A DNA stretch of 46,347 bases, taken from contig CALEST010000302.1 of assembly GCA_937907555.1 (NCBI GenBank), forward strand, positions 1-46,347. The letters run 5' to 3'. Source of the stretch: an uncultured Sediminibacterium sp. GTDB taxonomy: Bacteria > Bacteroidota > Bacteroidia > Chitinophagales > Chitinophagaceae. The notes under the pieces are model-generated. The model did not search any database. It had not been told where the DNA came from and saw only the letters and a list, made by a program, of their open reading frames with translations. Below, piece after piece: positions 10,722-20,273 of this stretch; the first letter of the stretch is position 1, and each line of letters starts with the position of its first letter. A program made the position numbers and the translations under genes.

Positions 10722-11513
10722 ATGCATCCTTTATCTGTTACCCTTATTCAAAGCAATTTATACTGGGAAAATAAAGAAGCGAACCTGAAGCAGTTTTCTG
10801 AAAAAATACAGCATCAGACTGCGCAGGGTCAGTTGGTGATACTGCCTGAAATGTTCAGCACAGGGTTTAGTATGAACCCGGCTCAACTGGCTGAAACCAT
10901 GGATGGACCTACGGTTCAGTGGATGAAGGAAACGGCAGCCAAACAGAAAATAATTCTGACTGGTTCCGTTATCATACAGGAAGAGGAAAAGTTTTTCAAC
11001 CGGCTTCTGTGGGTATTGCCCAATGGTGTGGTTGCGCATTACGATAAAAGACATTTGTTTGCTTTTGCCGGAGAAGACCGGTTTTATGCTTCCGGAAATA
11101 AAAGATTCATTGCTTCTGTGAACGGATGGAAAATCAATCTGCAGATTTGCTATGATCTACGCTTTCCTGTTTGGGCAAGACAGCAAATTACGGATGCACC
11201 TGAATATGATTTGCTCGTGTATGTGGCCAATTGGCCGGAGAGAAGAAACCATGCCTGGAAAACGCTGCTAACGGCAAGAGCTATTGAAAATCAGTGTTAT
11301 GTTATTGGGGTTAACAGGGTAGGTGAAGATGCCAATGGAATCAACCATAGCGGAGACTCGATGATTGTGGATCCACTGGGGCAGGTACTTTATCATAGTG
11401 CGCAAGAGGAATCCATTACTACCCATACATTGAACCCCGAACATTTACAGGACTGCAGAACGCGATTTCCATTTTGGAAAGATGCAGATGCATTCTCTAT
11501 TTATCAACCATAA
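10722..11513 (+). CDS. Nitrilase-superfamily amidohydrolase (YafV/omega-amidase-like)
   Basis: Catalytic E-K-C triad: LPEMF, YDKRHLF, ICYDLRFP. ATG at 10722 preferred over the track TTG. Confidence 0.9.
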   Translation: MHPLSVTLIQSNLYWENKEANLKQFSEKIQHQTAQGQLVILPEMFSTGFSMNPAQLAETMDGPTVQWMKETAAKQKIILTGSVIIQEEEKFFNRLLWVLPNGVVAHYDKRHLFAFAGEDRFYASGNKRFIASVNGWKINLQICYDLRFPVWARQQITDAPEYDLLVYVANWPERRNHAWKTLLTARAIENQCYVIGVNRVGEDANGINHSGDSMIVDPLGQVLYHSAQEESITTHTLNPEHLQDCRTRFPFWKDADAFSIYQP

Positions 11514-11581
11514 TGAGTGGCCGAAATTTTTAAAACGATCTTTAAAAATATAAACGGGCACAGATAAATCAAAACCGATTA

Positions 11582-12670
11582 ATGAAACGAATTGTAGCAG
11601 CTGAAAAATTATTTACCGGTACCGATTGGCTAATGAATCATGCAATGATCCTGGAAGAGGATCAGGTGCAATCCATTGTACCGATTGTTTCTCTAAATGA
11701 AAAGCCAGAACAGGTATATCCCTATATTATTCCCGCATTGATTGATTTGCAGATTTATGGTGCCGGTGGTCAATTGTTAAGTGTTTTTCCAACAGAAGAA
11801 GCATTGACATTGCTACAGGAATATTGCATTAAAGGGGGAGCCGCCTGGTTTCAACCTACGGTAGCCACGAATAGCCATGAAGTGATTCATGCCTGTATTG
11901 ATGCGGTCAGGAAATTTCAAGAGCAACCCGGAAATCGTTGTATAGGCTTGCATGTAGAAGGTCCCTGGATCAATCCGGAAAAAAGAGGAGCACACTTAAG
12001 TGAATATATTTATCAACCCAATAAAGAACAGGTTGCTTCTCTGCTGGAATATGGCAAGGACGTAATCACCATGATTACCCTGGCTCCGGAAATAGTGAGT
12101 TCCGATTTGGTTGACTTTATACAATCCAGGGGCATTGTTGTTTCTGCAGGACATAGCAATGCCGATTATCAAACGGCTACCAAAGCTTTTAACCAGGGGA
12201 TTAGAACTGCGACTCATTTGTACAATGCTATGAGTCCTTTGCAACACCGCGCCCCTGGCATGGTGGGAGCCATTTTTAATCACCCCATGGTCAACTGCAG
12301 TATTGTGCCCGATGGTTACCATGTAGATTTTGAAGCCATAGAAATTGCCAAAAAACAATTGGGCGAAAGATTATTTGCTATCACCGATGCGGTAACGGAA
12401 ACCCATACGGGTCCTTATCCGCATCAGTTGAATGGAGACAAATACGAAGCCAATGGTATTTTAAGTGGTTCTGCATTAACGATGCTTGCCTGCATGCAGA
12501 AACTGCATTGGCATGCGAATATTGAATTGGGAGAAGCCATCAGAATGTGTTCTTTTTATCCTGCAAGGGTGATTCTAAAAGAAAATATTTCCGGAATGTT
12601 AAAGCCAGGCCAAAAAGCAGATTGGATTGCCCTTGATGCGCAATTGTCCTGTATTAAAGCAGCAGAATAA
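11582..12670 (+). CDS. nagA: N-acetylglucosamine-6-phosphate deacetylase
   Basis: IDLQIYG, HVEGP, RGAH, TLAPE, GHSNA, THLYNAM, DGYH, ITDA. Confidence 0.93.
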   Translation: MKRIVAAEKLFTGTDWLMNHAMILEEDQVQSIVPIVSLNEKPEQVYPYIIPALIDLQIYGAGGQLLSVFPTEEALTLLQEYCIKGGAAWFQPTVATNSHEVIHACIDAVRKFQEQPGNRCIGLHVEGPWINPEKRGAHLSEYIYQPNKEQVASLLEYGKDVITMITLAPEIVSSDLVDFIQSRGIVVSAGHSNADYQTATKAFNQGIRTATHLYNAMSPLQHRAPGMVGAIFNHPMVNCSIVPDGYHVDFEAIEIAKKQLGERLFAITDAVTETHTGPYPHQLNGDKYEANGILSGSALTMLACMQKLHWHANIELGEAIRMCSFYPARVILKENISGMLKPGQKADWIALDAQLSCIKAAE

Positions 12671-12702
12671 CTACCTTTATCTGGTAATAAAAACGAATAA
12701 AA

Positions 12703-13089
12703 ATGAAAAAACTATTGGTATTGGCATTGGCTGCCATCTTTACGGTTGGTGTGCATGCACAGGAAGCCACGTGGAAACAAATGGAAGATTTTCACGGAGT
12801 AATGGGTAAAACCTTTCATGCAGCCGAAGAAGGTAATTTAAAACCTTTAAAGGAAAATGTTGCTACACTAGTAGCTAAGGCAAAAGCATGGGAATCGGGT
12901 GCAGTGCCTGCCGGATACGATGCCAAAGTTGCCAAGCCCATTTTGAAACAACTGGTTGCAAAATGCTCAGCAGTAGAAGCAGCCGTTAAAGCAAAAAAAT
13001 CAGATAAGGAATTAACCGCTTTGATTACTGCTACCCACGATGTATTTCATGAAATAAAAGAAAAATGTAAACCAGGAGAAAAACACTAA
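12703..13089 (+). CDS. Small secreted helical protein with paired His motifs, function unknown
   Basis: Signal peptide VHA|Q; FH..M..TFH near the N-terminus, HDVFH near the C-terminus; two Cys. Confidence 0.8.
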   Translation: MKKLLVLALAAIFTVGVHAQEATWKQMEDFHGVMGKTFHAAEEGNLKPLKENVATLVAKAKAWESGAVPAGYDAKVAKPILKQLVAKCSAVEAAVKAKKSDKELTALITATHDVFHEIKEKCKPGEKH

Positions 13090-14576
13090 TTGTTTTTTGA
13101 TTGGATCATTTGAAGAATAGCCGCCATTTTCGGATCCCATCCTTCACGGATGGCAGAAGAGGATGGCGGTATTTTTATGTCCGGAACAATCCCTCCCCCT
13201 TTGGGACGATTGCTGTTAATGACCATTCTGTAAAGCGGTAGTCTTACCCGGAGTTTTGTATTGGGCAATGTAATATTCGGTATATGCATGGCCGAGTTGC
13301 CATAATATCCACCTCCTGATTCTTCACCTACTACCTTAATATTCTCCTGACCTTTCAATGCTCCTACAACCAGAGTGGCAGCACTAAATGTATATCCACC
13401 TTGCACCAGGTAAACCTGTCCCTTGAATTTGTTTTTTGTATTCGGTTGAAAATAGTGTTGCTCAAATCTGCGGTAATGAATACTGCCGTCTTCTGCTTTG
13501 CGTGCTCCCAAGTTCATGGCCAGCCAATACATCCAGCTATGCTGAATATATCTTCCGTATTTTAATTTTCGATTGGTAGCAACAACAGAGTCTGCTACTT
13601 TAAATGGTTTGTCTGTTAAGTATCTGGTAAGATCAATGCTGTTGCTGATTTTTCCACCACCGTTTTCTCTCAGATCGATGATTAAGTGCTCAATATTTTC
13701 CTTCTTCAGTTTTTTAAAACTCTTTCTGAAAAAATTTTTGAGTCCCCCTTTGCTAAAACTGGTAAGTCTTAAATAAGCACTATGTGTAAGGGTATCAATG
13801 GATAATGAACGAATGCTCAAGAGACGCATTTGTCTTTTTGAAATCTGTGGTCTTGATGTGGATGGCGGAGGTCTTTTGCTGATACTGTCTCTGGGAATTG
13901 GCGAAAAGTTTCCCAATGTTACCGTATCTCTTTTTCCTTTTGCGTCAATATATCCAATTAGGTAACTACTGTCCAGACCAAACACTTGTTTATATAAATC
14001 CGGAAAACCATTACTGATTACCTGATAGGAATGATTAACTGCATTTCCGTCATTGGAAATTTGTTGAAACAAACGGCTTCTGTACCAGGATATGGGCAAT
14101 CCATTGATTTGTTCAATAATGGTTCCCCTTTTGATGAGGGAATCCTTGGTATATCCATTGCTTAATACAACTGCACTGTCTTCCCAAAACTTTATTTGTA
14201 GCGGAAATCTGGGATAGCGGTATTTACTTAGATTTTTCAAAAAATGGTTGGAATACAAAGTGCTGGTATGCCCGCATTTAATTTGTGCAACCCAGTTTGC
14301 AACCTTGTTTTTGAATTCTATTTCGTTGAGTGAATCGTTCAATGAAATCAGTAGCTTGTTAAAGCTGCTGTCCAATGCTTCTTTGGAAGTGAACCAGTAC
14401 AAACTCGGATGATTGGCTTCCAGAATTTTTTTTAAGAGTACTGCATCTTCTTTCAGTTCAGCAGTTGCAAATTTGGGCAGGGATACCATTGATTGTTGGG
14501 CAACAACTGTTTGCATTGGAACAATTGCGCGCATCAACAATAGAAATATCCATCCAATCCATGCCCCTTTCCTCAT
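13086..14576 (-). CDS. Secreted S41 family peptidase
   Basis: Signal peptide; CGHT, PDZ-like segment, IIDLRENGGG, TFSAA (catalytic Ser), VGEESGG, GIVPD. Confidence 0.88.
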   Translation of the reverse strand: MRKGAWIGWIFLLLMRAIVPMQTVVAQQSMVSLPKFATAELKEDAVLLKKILEANHPSLYWFTSKEALDSSFNKLLISLNDSLNEIEFKNKVANWVAQIKCGHTSTLYSNHFLKNLSKYRYPRFPLQIKFWEDSAVVLSNGYTKDSLIKRGTIIEQINGLPISWYRSRLFQQISNDGNAVNHSYQVISNGFPDLYKQVFGLDSSYLIGYIDAKGKRDTVTLGNFSPIPRDSISKRPPPSTSRPQISKRQMRLLSIRSLSIDTLTHSAYLRLTSFSKGGLKNFFRKSFKKLKKENIEHLIIDLRENGGGKISNSIDLTRYLTDKPFKVADSVVATNRKLKYGRYIQHSWMYWLAMNLGARKAEDGSIHYRRFEQHYFQPNTKNKFKGQVYLVQGGYTFSAATLVVGALKGQENIKVVGEESGGGYYGNSAMHIPNITLPNTKLRVRLPLYRMVINSNRPKGGGIVPDIKIPPSSSAIREGWDPKMAAILQMIQSKNN

Positions 14577-14578
14577 GC

Positions 14579-15610
14579 TTATGAATTGAATGCATTCCAG
14601 CCCTGTGCTTTCAGATCAAAAGTATTTCCTCCCTTGGTCAGCAACTTGACTCCCTCAGTAATTTCTGTCATATAGCCAATCACGCTGATTTCTTCGTTGA
14701 GTACAATTTTATCGTGGTCTTCCTGACGTATGGTAAAAATTAATTCATAGTCTTCTCCTCCATTCAGGGCACAAACCGTTGGGTCCAATCCGAATTTGAA
14801 TGCCGCTTTTCTGCTGGCATCGTCAATAGGAAGCTTCTCTTCGTATATACGTGCACCTAATCCGGACTGTTTACAGATATGCAATACTTCACTGCTGATA
14901 CCATCACTTACATCCATCATGGCGGTTGGAACAATTTCATTTTTTCCAAAAAACTCAATAATGTCTTTTCTGGCTTCCGGCTTTAATAACTTTCCTACTA
15001 TATAGCTTTCTCCTTCCAGATCCGGTTGAATATTGGGATTCTCCTGGTAGATTTTCTTTTCTCTTTCCATCAGGGTTAAACCCAGATAGGCACCACCCAG
15101 ATCGCCACTCACACAAATTAAATCTCCCTTTGAAGCTGTACTTCTTTTGATGAATTTATCAGGAGCTACTTCTCCAATGGCTGTTACCGAAACAATGAAT
15201 CCTTTCTGGGAAGAAGAAGTATCTCCGCCAATTAAATCAACGCCGTATTTTTCACAGGCAAAGTATACGCCCTCATAAAATTCATTCAATGCTTCCAGAC
15301 TGAAGCGATTGCTGATTCCAATACTCAGGGTTATCTGAGTAGGGGTAGCATTCATTGCATAAATATCACTGAGATTTACTACCACCGCTTTGTATCCAAG
15401 GTGCTTCAATGGGGTATACATTAAATCGAAATGAATGCCTTCCAGCAACAAATCGGTAGTTACAACGGTTTGCTTGCCAAAATGGTCAATCACGGCTGCA
15501 TCATCCCCAACTCCTAAAATAGTGGATGCATTCTGGGTTTCCGCATTTTTGGTAAGGTGTTCAATCAATCCAAATTCACCTAAACTCGCAATTTCTGTTC
15601 TTTGTTCCAT
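14579..15610 (-). CDS. thiL: Thiamine-monophosphate kinase
   Basis: GEFGLI, GDDAA, VNLSDIYAM, GGDT, DVSDG, GGEDYEL. Confidence 0.96.
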   Translation of the reverse strand: MEQRTEIASLGEFGLIEHLTKNAETQNASTILGVGDDAAVIDHFGKQTVVTTDLLLEGIHFDLMYTPLKHLGYKAVVVNLSDIYAMNATPTQITLSIGISNRFSLEALNEFYEGVYFACEKYGVDLIGGDTSSSQKGFIVSVTAIGEVAPDKFIKRSTASKGDLICVSGDLGGAYLGLTLMEREKKIYQENPNIQPDLEGESYIVGKLLKPEARKDIIEFFGKNEIVPTAMMDVSDGISSEVLHICKQSGLGARIYEEKLPIDDASRKAAFKFGLDPTVCALNGGEDYELIFTIRQEDHDKIVLNEEISVIGYMTEITEGVKLLTKGGNTFDLKAQGWNAFNS

Positions 15611-15619
15611 AGGGTTAAT

Positions 15620-16396
15620 TTAAAATGCACCTCCGTTTACTACTGCAACCAGTTCATCGTGAATCAATCCATTGGTAGCAATAATATGTGGCTGATAAGG
15701 AGAATAATAATCGCCTTTAAAGTCGGTTACTTTACCGCCCGCTTCTTCTACCATTAAAAATCCTGCAGCACTGTCCCAGGCCTGCAATTTATGTTCATAA
15801 AATCCATCAAATCTGCCGGCAGCTACCCAACATAAATCAATGGCAGCACTACCCAGTCTTCTTACCGGAACACCTTTTCTGATTAATTTTTCAAAAACCT
15901 GCAAGGGTCCGTTAGGGGCGTCCAGATAAGTATATGGAAACCCTGTAACCAGACAACTTTTGATTAGTGTGGATTTATTGCCCACCCGTATTTTTTTGTC
16001 GTTCAAATAAGCCCCCTGACCCTTTTCGGCAAAGTAAAACTCATTCATAAAGGGGTTGTATACGGCGCCCAATATCATTTTTCCTTCTTTTTCTACCCCT
16101 ATGCTTACACAGCAAATGGGTATACCATTGGCAAAATTCACGGTTCCATCAATAGGGTCAATAATCCACTTATAGGTAGAATCCTGCTTTAGTTCTCCGG
16201 ACTCTTCACTTAAAATAAAATGATCTGGAAAAGCAGACTGAATAGCATCCATGATGGCTTTCTCGGCTGCATGATCTGCTTCTGTAACTAAATTATTGAT
16301 GCCTTCTTTATTACTGATTACAAAACTTCCATTAAAAAATCTTCTGAGTTCAACAGCGCCCGCTTCTGTGGCTTTTAATAAGGTTTCTTTAAGCAT
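15620..16396 (-). CDS. suhB: Inositol monophosphatase family protein
   Basis: LVTEAD, SEE, IDPIDGT.NF, RRLGSAA, WDSAAG. Start moved to ATG 16396 because a TACTTTTG -7 box lies at 16401-16408. Confidence 0.9.
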   Translation of the reverse strand: MLKETLLKATEAGAVELRRFFNGSFVISNKEGINNLVTEADHAAEKAIMDAIQSAFPDHFILSEESGELKQDSTYKWIIDPIDGTVNFANGIPICCVSIGVEKEGKMILGAVYNPFMNEFYFAEKGQGAYLNDKKIRVGNKSTLIKSCLVTGFPYTYLDAPNGPLQVFEKLIRKGVPVRRLGSAAIDLCWVAAGRFDGFYEHKLQAWDSAAGFLMVEEAGGKVTDFKGDYYSPYQPHIIATNGLIHDELVAVVNGGAF

Positions 16397-16438
16397 GAAG
16401 CAAAAGTAACCCAGATTCTGCATCTTTGAAATAATATT

Positions 16439-17299
16439 GTGTCTGCACTACTAACCATAATCATCGTTCATTATCGGGTGTATCACCACCTGGATCATTG
16501 CCTGGCATCCATTCAACAGTCCCGGCATTCCTTTAGGGTTGATATAATTGTGGTAGATAATGAATACAGTCTGGAAGATCAGGCATTACTTGCAACAAAA
16601 TATCCTGCAGTTCAATGGTTATCAGAACCCCAAAACATTGGATTTGCCAAAGCCAACAATCTTGCGCTGCAAATGGTTGATACTGATTATGTATTGTTTC
16701 TGAATCCGGACACGCTTCTTTCTACAGATGTTTTGCAGCAATCGGTTGAATATTTGCAGGCAAATAGTGAAGTGGGGGCACTGGGAGTTCAAATGAGAAA
16801 TATCCAGGGGGCTTTTTTACCGGAAAGTAAAAGGGAAATACCCACCATTAAAGGATCGTTTTTTAAATTGACTGGATTGGCTGAACGTTTTCCGGGTTCT
16901 GCCTTCTTTAACAGCTATGCGCTGGGACATCTGGATTCAGGGGAAGTGCACAAAGTGCCCGTGCTGGCTGGCGCTTTCATGATGATGCCAACCTCAGTTG
17001 CTAAAAAGGCCGGCGGATTTGATGATTCCTTTTTTATGTATGGCGAAGACATAGACATGAGCCTTAGGGTCATGGCGCAGGGCAAAGAAAACCATTATCT
17101 GGGAACGGCTGTTATTACGCATATTAAGGGAGCTAGTTCAAAACAAAATCCGGATTATCTGAATCATTTTTATGGATCTATGAAAATATTTCTGGATAAA
17201 TATCCCCATTTGTATGGAGGCAAATCAGGGGTTTGGTTACTGAAGATTTTTATACAAACAATTCTATTTGTTTCCCGCAGCACGAAAAAGAACAAATAA
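16439..17299 (+). CDS. Glycosyltransferase family 2
   Basis: IVVDN, NIGFAKANN, LFLNPD, AGAFM, FFMYGEDID. Confidence 0.92.
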   Translation: MSALLTIIIVHYRVYHHLDHCLASIQQSRHSFRVDIIVVDNEYSLEDQALLATKYPAVQWLSEPQNIGFAKANNLALQMVDTDYVLFLNPDTLLSTDVLQQSVEYLQANSEVGALGVQMRNIQGAFLPESKREIPTIKGSFFKLTGLAERFPGSAFFNSYALGHLDSGEVHKVPVLAGAFMMMPTSVAKKAGGFDDSFFMYGEDIDMSLRVMAQGKENHYLGTAVITHIKGASSKQNPDYLNHFYGSMKIFLDKYPHLYGGKSGVWLLKIFIQTILFVSRSTKKNK

Positions 17300-17366
17300 G
17301 CCTTTTCACAAAATATTATATATAATTCATTTAGTTTAGCTTCGTAACTCAACTGTTAAAGAACGC

Positions 17367-18896
17367 ATGCCAATCTTTGATCTCAAACTCCCCAATGCCA
17401 TTTTGAGAGCCCTTCGGCTTCCTGAAAACAATCTCAGAAGAGAACAGTTAAGGGTTTTAAAGAAGCTATTAAAAAAATCAAGGTTTACTTCTTTCGGACA
17501 GCAATATCGTTTCGATGAAATTTTATTGAGTAAGCATCCAGGAAAAAAGTTTCAGGAGATAGTGCCTACTTTCAATTACAATAAAATTTACAATGAATGG
17601 TGGCATAAAACCATTGAGGGGCAATCGGATATCTGTTGGCCAGGCAAAATTAAATACTATGCGCTCAGCAGTGGCACCAGTGAATCTGCCAGTAAATACA
17701 TTCCTATTACGAATGATTTATTGAGGGGAAATAAAATGGTGATGATAAAGCAATTGCTGAGTCTGAGCAAATACGAAAACATTCCATTCGCTTCTATTGG
17801 TAAAGGCTGGCTTACATTGGGCGGCAGTACAGAACTGCAAAAAGGACCAGGATATTTTGCAGGAGACCTGAGTGGCATAACCGCCAAGAAAGCACCATTC
17901 TGGTTTCAGCCCTTTTATAAACCGGGAAAGAAAATTGCCAAGCAGAAAGACTGGAATAAAAAAATTGCAGAGATTGTTGATAAAGCGCCTCAATGGGATA
18001 TTGGTTTTTTAATTGGAGTTCCTGCCTGGATTCAGATGTGTGTAGAACAAATTATTGAGCGGTATAAATTGAATAATATTCACGAAATCTGGCCCAATCT
18101 GGCCTTCTTTGTACATGGTGGCGTAAGTTTTGAGCCGTACAAAAAAGGATTCGAGAAAATGCTGGGCAAGCCTATCACTTATATAGAAACTTATCTCGCT
18201 AGTGAAGGTTTTATAGCCTATCAGGATCGCCAGCACGCCAAGGGGATGCGACTGGTAACGAACGAACATATTTTCCATGAGTTCGTTCCCTTTGATGATA
18301 AAAACTTTACTGCAGATGGAGAAATGATTGAAAATCCGGAAGCTTTAATGTTGCATGAAGTAGAGGAAGGCAAGGATTATGCATTATTGATTAGCACTAC
18401 TGCAGGTACCTGGAGGTATCTGATAGGAGACACGGTTCGATTTGTAGATAAAGAAAGATCTGAAATTATCATTACAGGCAGAACCAAACATTTCTTAAGC
18501 CTGGTTGGAGAACACCTGAGTGTAGACAATATGAATAAGGCCGTGCAAATGGCATCTGAAAAATTCAATATCAGCATACCTGAATTTACAGTAGCTGGTG
18601 TACCCTCTGGCAACTTCTTTGGCCATCACTGGTTTGTTGCCTGCAACGACAAAGTAGAGGAGAACGCACTTTGCAATTTTATAGACGACTGTTTGAATGA
18701 ATTGAACGATGATTATGCAGTTGAAAGAAAAAGTGCGCTCAGGGAAATAAAATTAACAGTACTGAAGGAAGAGGCCTTTTTAAATTTCATGCTTAGTAAG
18801 GGTAAAGTTGGGGGGCAGCATAAATTTCCCAGGGTTTTAAAGGGGTCTATGTTGCAGGATTGGTATCTGTTTTTAGAAAAGAAGAACGAATGCTAA
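17367..18896 (+). CDS. GH3 auxin-responsive-promoter family (acyl-acid amido synthetase-like) protein
   Basis: Adenylation motifs SSGTS..SKYIP, YLASEG, RYLIGD, GRTK, and C-terminal GGQHKFPR. Confidence 0.88.
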   Translation: MPIFDLKLPNAILRALRLPENNLRREQLRVLKKLLKKSRFTSFGQQYRFDEILLSKHPGKKFQEIVPTFNYNKIYNEWWHKTIEGQSDICWPGKIKYYALSSGTSESASKYIPITNDLLRGNKMVMIKQLLSLSKYENIPFASIGKGWLTLGGSTELQKGPGYFAGDLSGITAKKAPFWFQPFYKPGKKIAKQKDWNKKIAEIVDKAPQWDIGFLIGVPAWIQMCVEQIIERYKLNNIHEIWPNLAFFVHGGVSFEPYKKGFEKMLGKPITYIETYLASEGFIAYQDRQHAKGMRLVTNEHIFHEFVPFDDKNFTADGEMIENPEALMLHEVEEGKDYALLISTTAGTWRYLIGDTVRFVDKERSEIIITGRTKHFLSLVGEHLSVDNMNKAVQMASEKFNISIPEFTVAGVPSGNFFGHHWFVACNDKVEENALCNFIDDCLNELNDDYAVERKSALREIKLTVLKEEAFLNFMLSKGKVGGQHKFPRVLKGSMLQDWYLFLEKKNEC

Positions 18897-19540
18897 AAAC
18901 TCTTTTTGTTACTTTTTTCTTTTTGAATCCTGTATTCTTTCAGCAATCTTTTGCACAAAAGCCAAAGGCAAATCTATCGGTTAGGCACCAGGATTTTGTA
19001 GCACCGGATACGTTGAATGTTTTGTTTAGAACCACTCAGGGCAATTTTATTATTCAGGCATACCGAAACTGGGCGCCGCTGGCAGCAGACCGTTTTTACA
19101 CTTTGGTCAAGCAACAGTTTTACACCAACAATTATATTTTCAGAGTAGAAAAAGACTATGTGGTTCAATTCGGTATTGCCGGCCGACCCAAGGAAGACAA
19201 TAAATGGGATCAGCAGCGCTTACCGGACGAACCAGTCAGAAAAAAACATCTCAAAACAATCGTTGCTTTTGCAAGAAGTGGTAAAAATACCAGAACTACA
19301 CAACTATTTGTGAATATGCAGGACAATCCAAAGTTGGATACAACCATGCGGGAAGGAGTTCACGGTTATCCCCCCTTTGGAAAAGTAATCAGGGGAATGG
19401 ATGTTTTGTTTAAGCTAAACGGGAAATACAGAAAGCAAATTCTACCGCTGCAGGATTCGGTTTATAAATGGGGCAACGCTTATCTTGATAAAAACTTTCC
19501 GGGCCTGGATAAAATTATTAGCGCAACAATTATCCGCTGA
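18890..19540 (+). CDS. Secreted cyclophilin-type peptidyl-prolyl isomerase
   Basis: Signal peptide from ATG 18890; WAPLAADRF, FRV..YVVQFG, TQLFVN, PFGKV, FPGLD. Confidence 0.88.
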   Translation: MLKTLFVTFFFLNPVFFQQSFAQKPKANLSVRHQDFVAPDTLNVLFRTTQGNFIIQAYRNWAPLAADRFYTLVKQQFYTNNYIFRVEKDYVVQFGIAGRPKEDNKWDQQRLPDEPVRKKHLKTIVAFARSGKNTRTTQLFVNMQDNPKLDTTMREGVHGYPPFGKVIRGMDVLFKLNGKYRKQILPLQDSVYKWGNAYLDKNFPGLDKIISATIIR

Positions 19541-19587
19541 AATAGCCCCAATCAGTTATTTTTGTAATTCAACTTTAATTGGTTTAG

Positions 19588-20244
19588 ATGATTGCACCAT
19601 TGATGAAGGGGCTGGTTTTAGGACTGATTCTGAGTATTTCAGTAGGCCCGGTTATTTTTGCCATCATCAAACAAAGTCTTGCAAACGGCCACAAAGCGGG
19701 GTATACTTTTGTTGCCGGCGTTTCAGCAAGCGATATCAGCCTGGTACTGGTTTGCAATTTATTTACCAGCTTTTTTACAACGGCCTTGTCTCATAGCAAT
19801 ACCATTGCCATTGCAGGAAGTATTTTTTTAATTGGCGTAGGCATTTACACGTTTTTCTTCAAGAAGGTAATTGTAGACGAAGACAATAAAGTGGAAATAA
19901 AAAAATTCAGAAAAAGAGATCTGGCCGGAATTTTCTTATCAGGATATTTTATGAATATGCTGAACCCTGCAGTGTTTCTTTTTTGGTTTGCCTGGACTGC
20001 AGCAATAACAGGCGATGCTGCGGGAACCCCTAATCCCACTCAGTATAAATGGATTGTATTTATTACCTGTCTTGTTTTTGTTTTACTCGCAGATATTGCC
20101 AAAGTTGCCTTAGCAGGAAAATTAAGACAACGTTTGACACCTAAGAATCTTCATTTCATCAATAAACTTTCGGGGATTATCCTCATTGGCTTTGGCGTTG
20201 CCCTGATATGGGGAGTGCTTAATTTTGGAGACAAGCTGAAATAG
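19588..20244 (+). CDS. LysE family translocator
   Basis: SISVGP, G....G...SD, LNP..FLFW; about 6 TM helices. Confidence 0.85.
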   Translation: MIAPLMKGLVLGLILSISVGPVIFAIIKQSLANGHKAGYTFVAGVSASDISLVLVCNLFTSFFTTALSHSNTIAIAGSIFLIGVGIYTFFFKKVIVDEDNKVEIKKFRKRDLAGIFLSGYFMNMLNPAVFLFWFAWTAAITGDAAGTPNPTQYKWIVFITCLVFVLLADIAKVALAGKLRQRLTPKNLHFINKLSGIILIGFGVALIWGVLNFGDKLK

Positions 20245-20273
20245 GTTGTATCTTTCTTTCGAAAATTAAGCTT

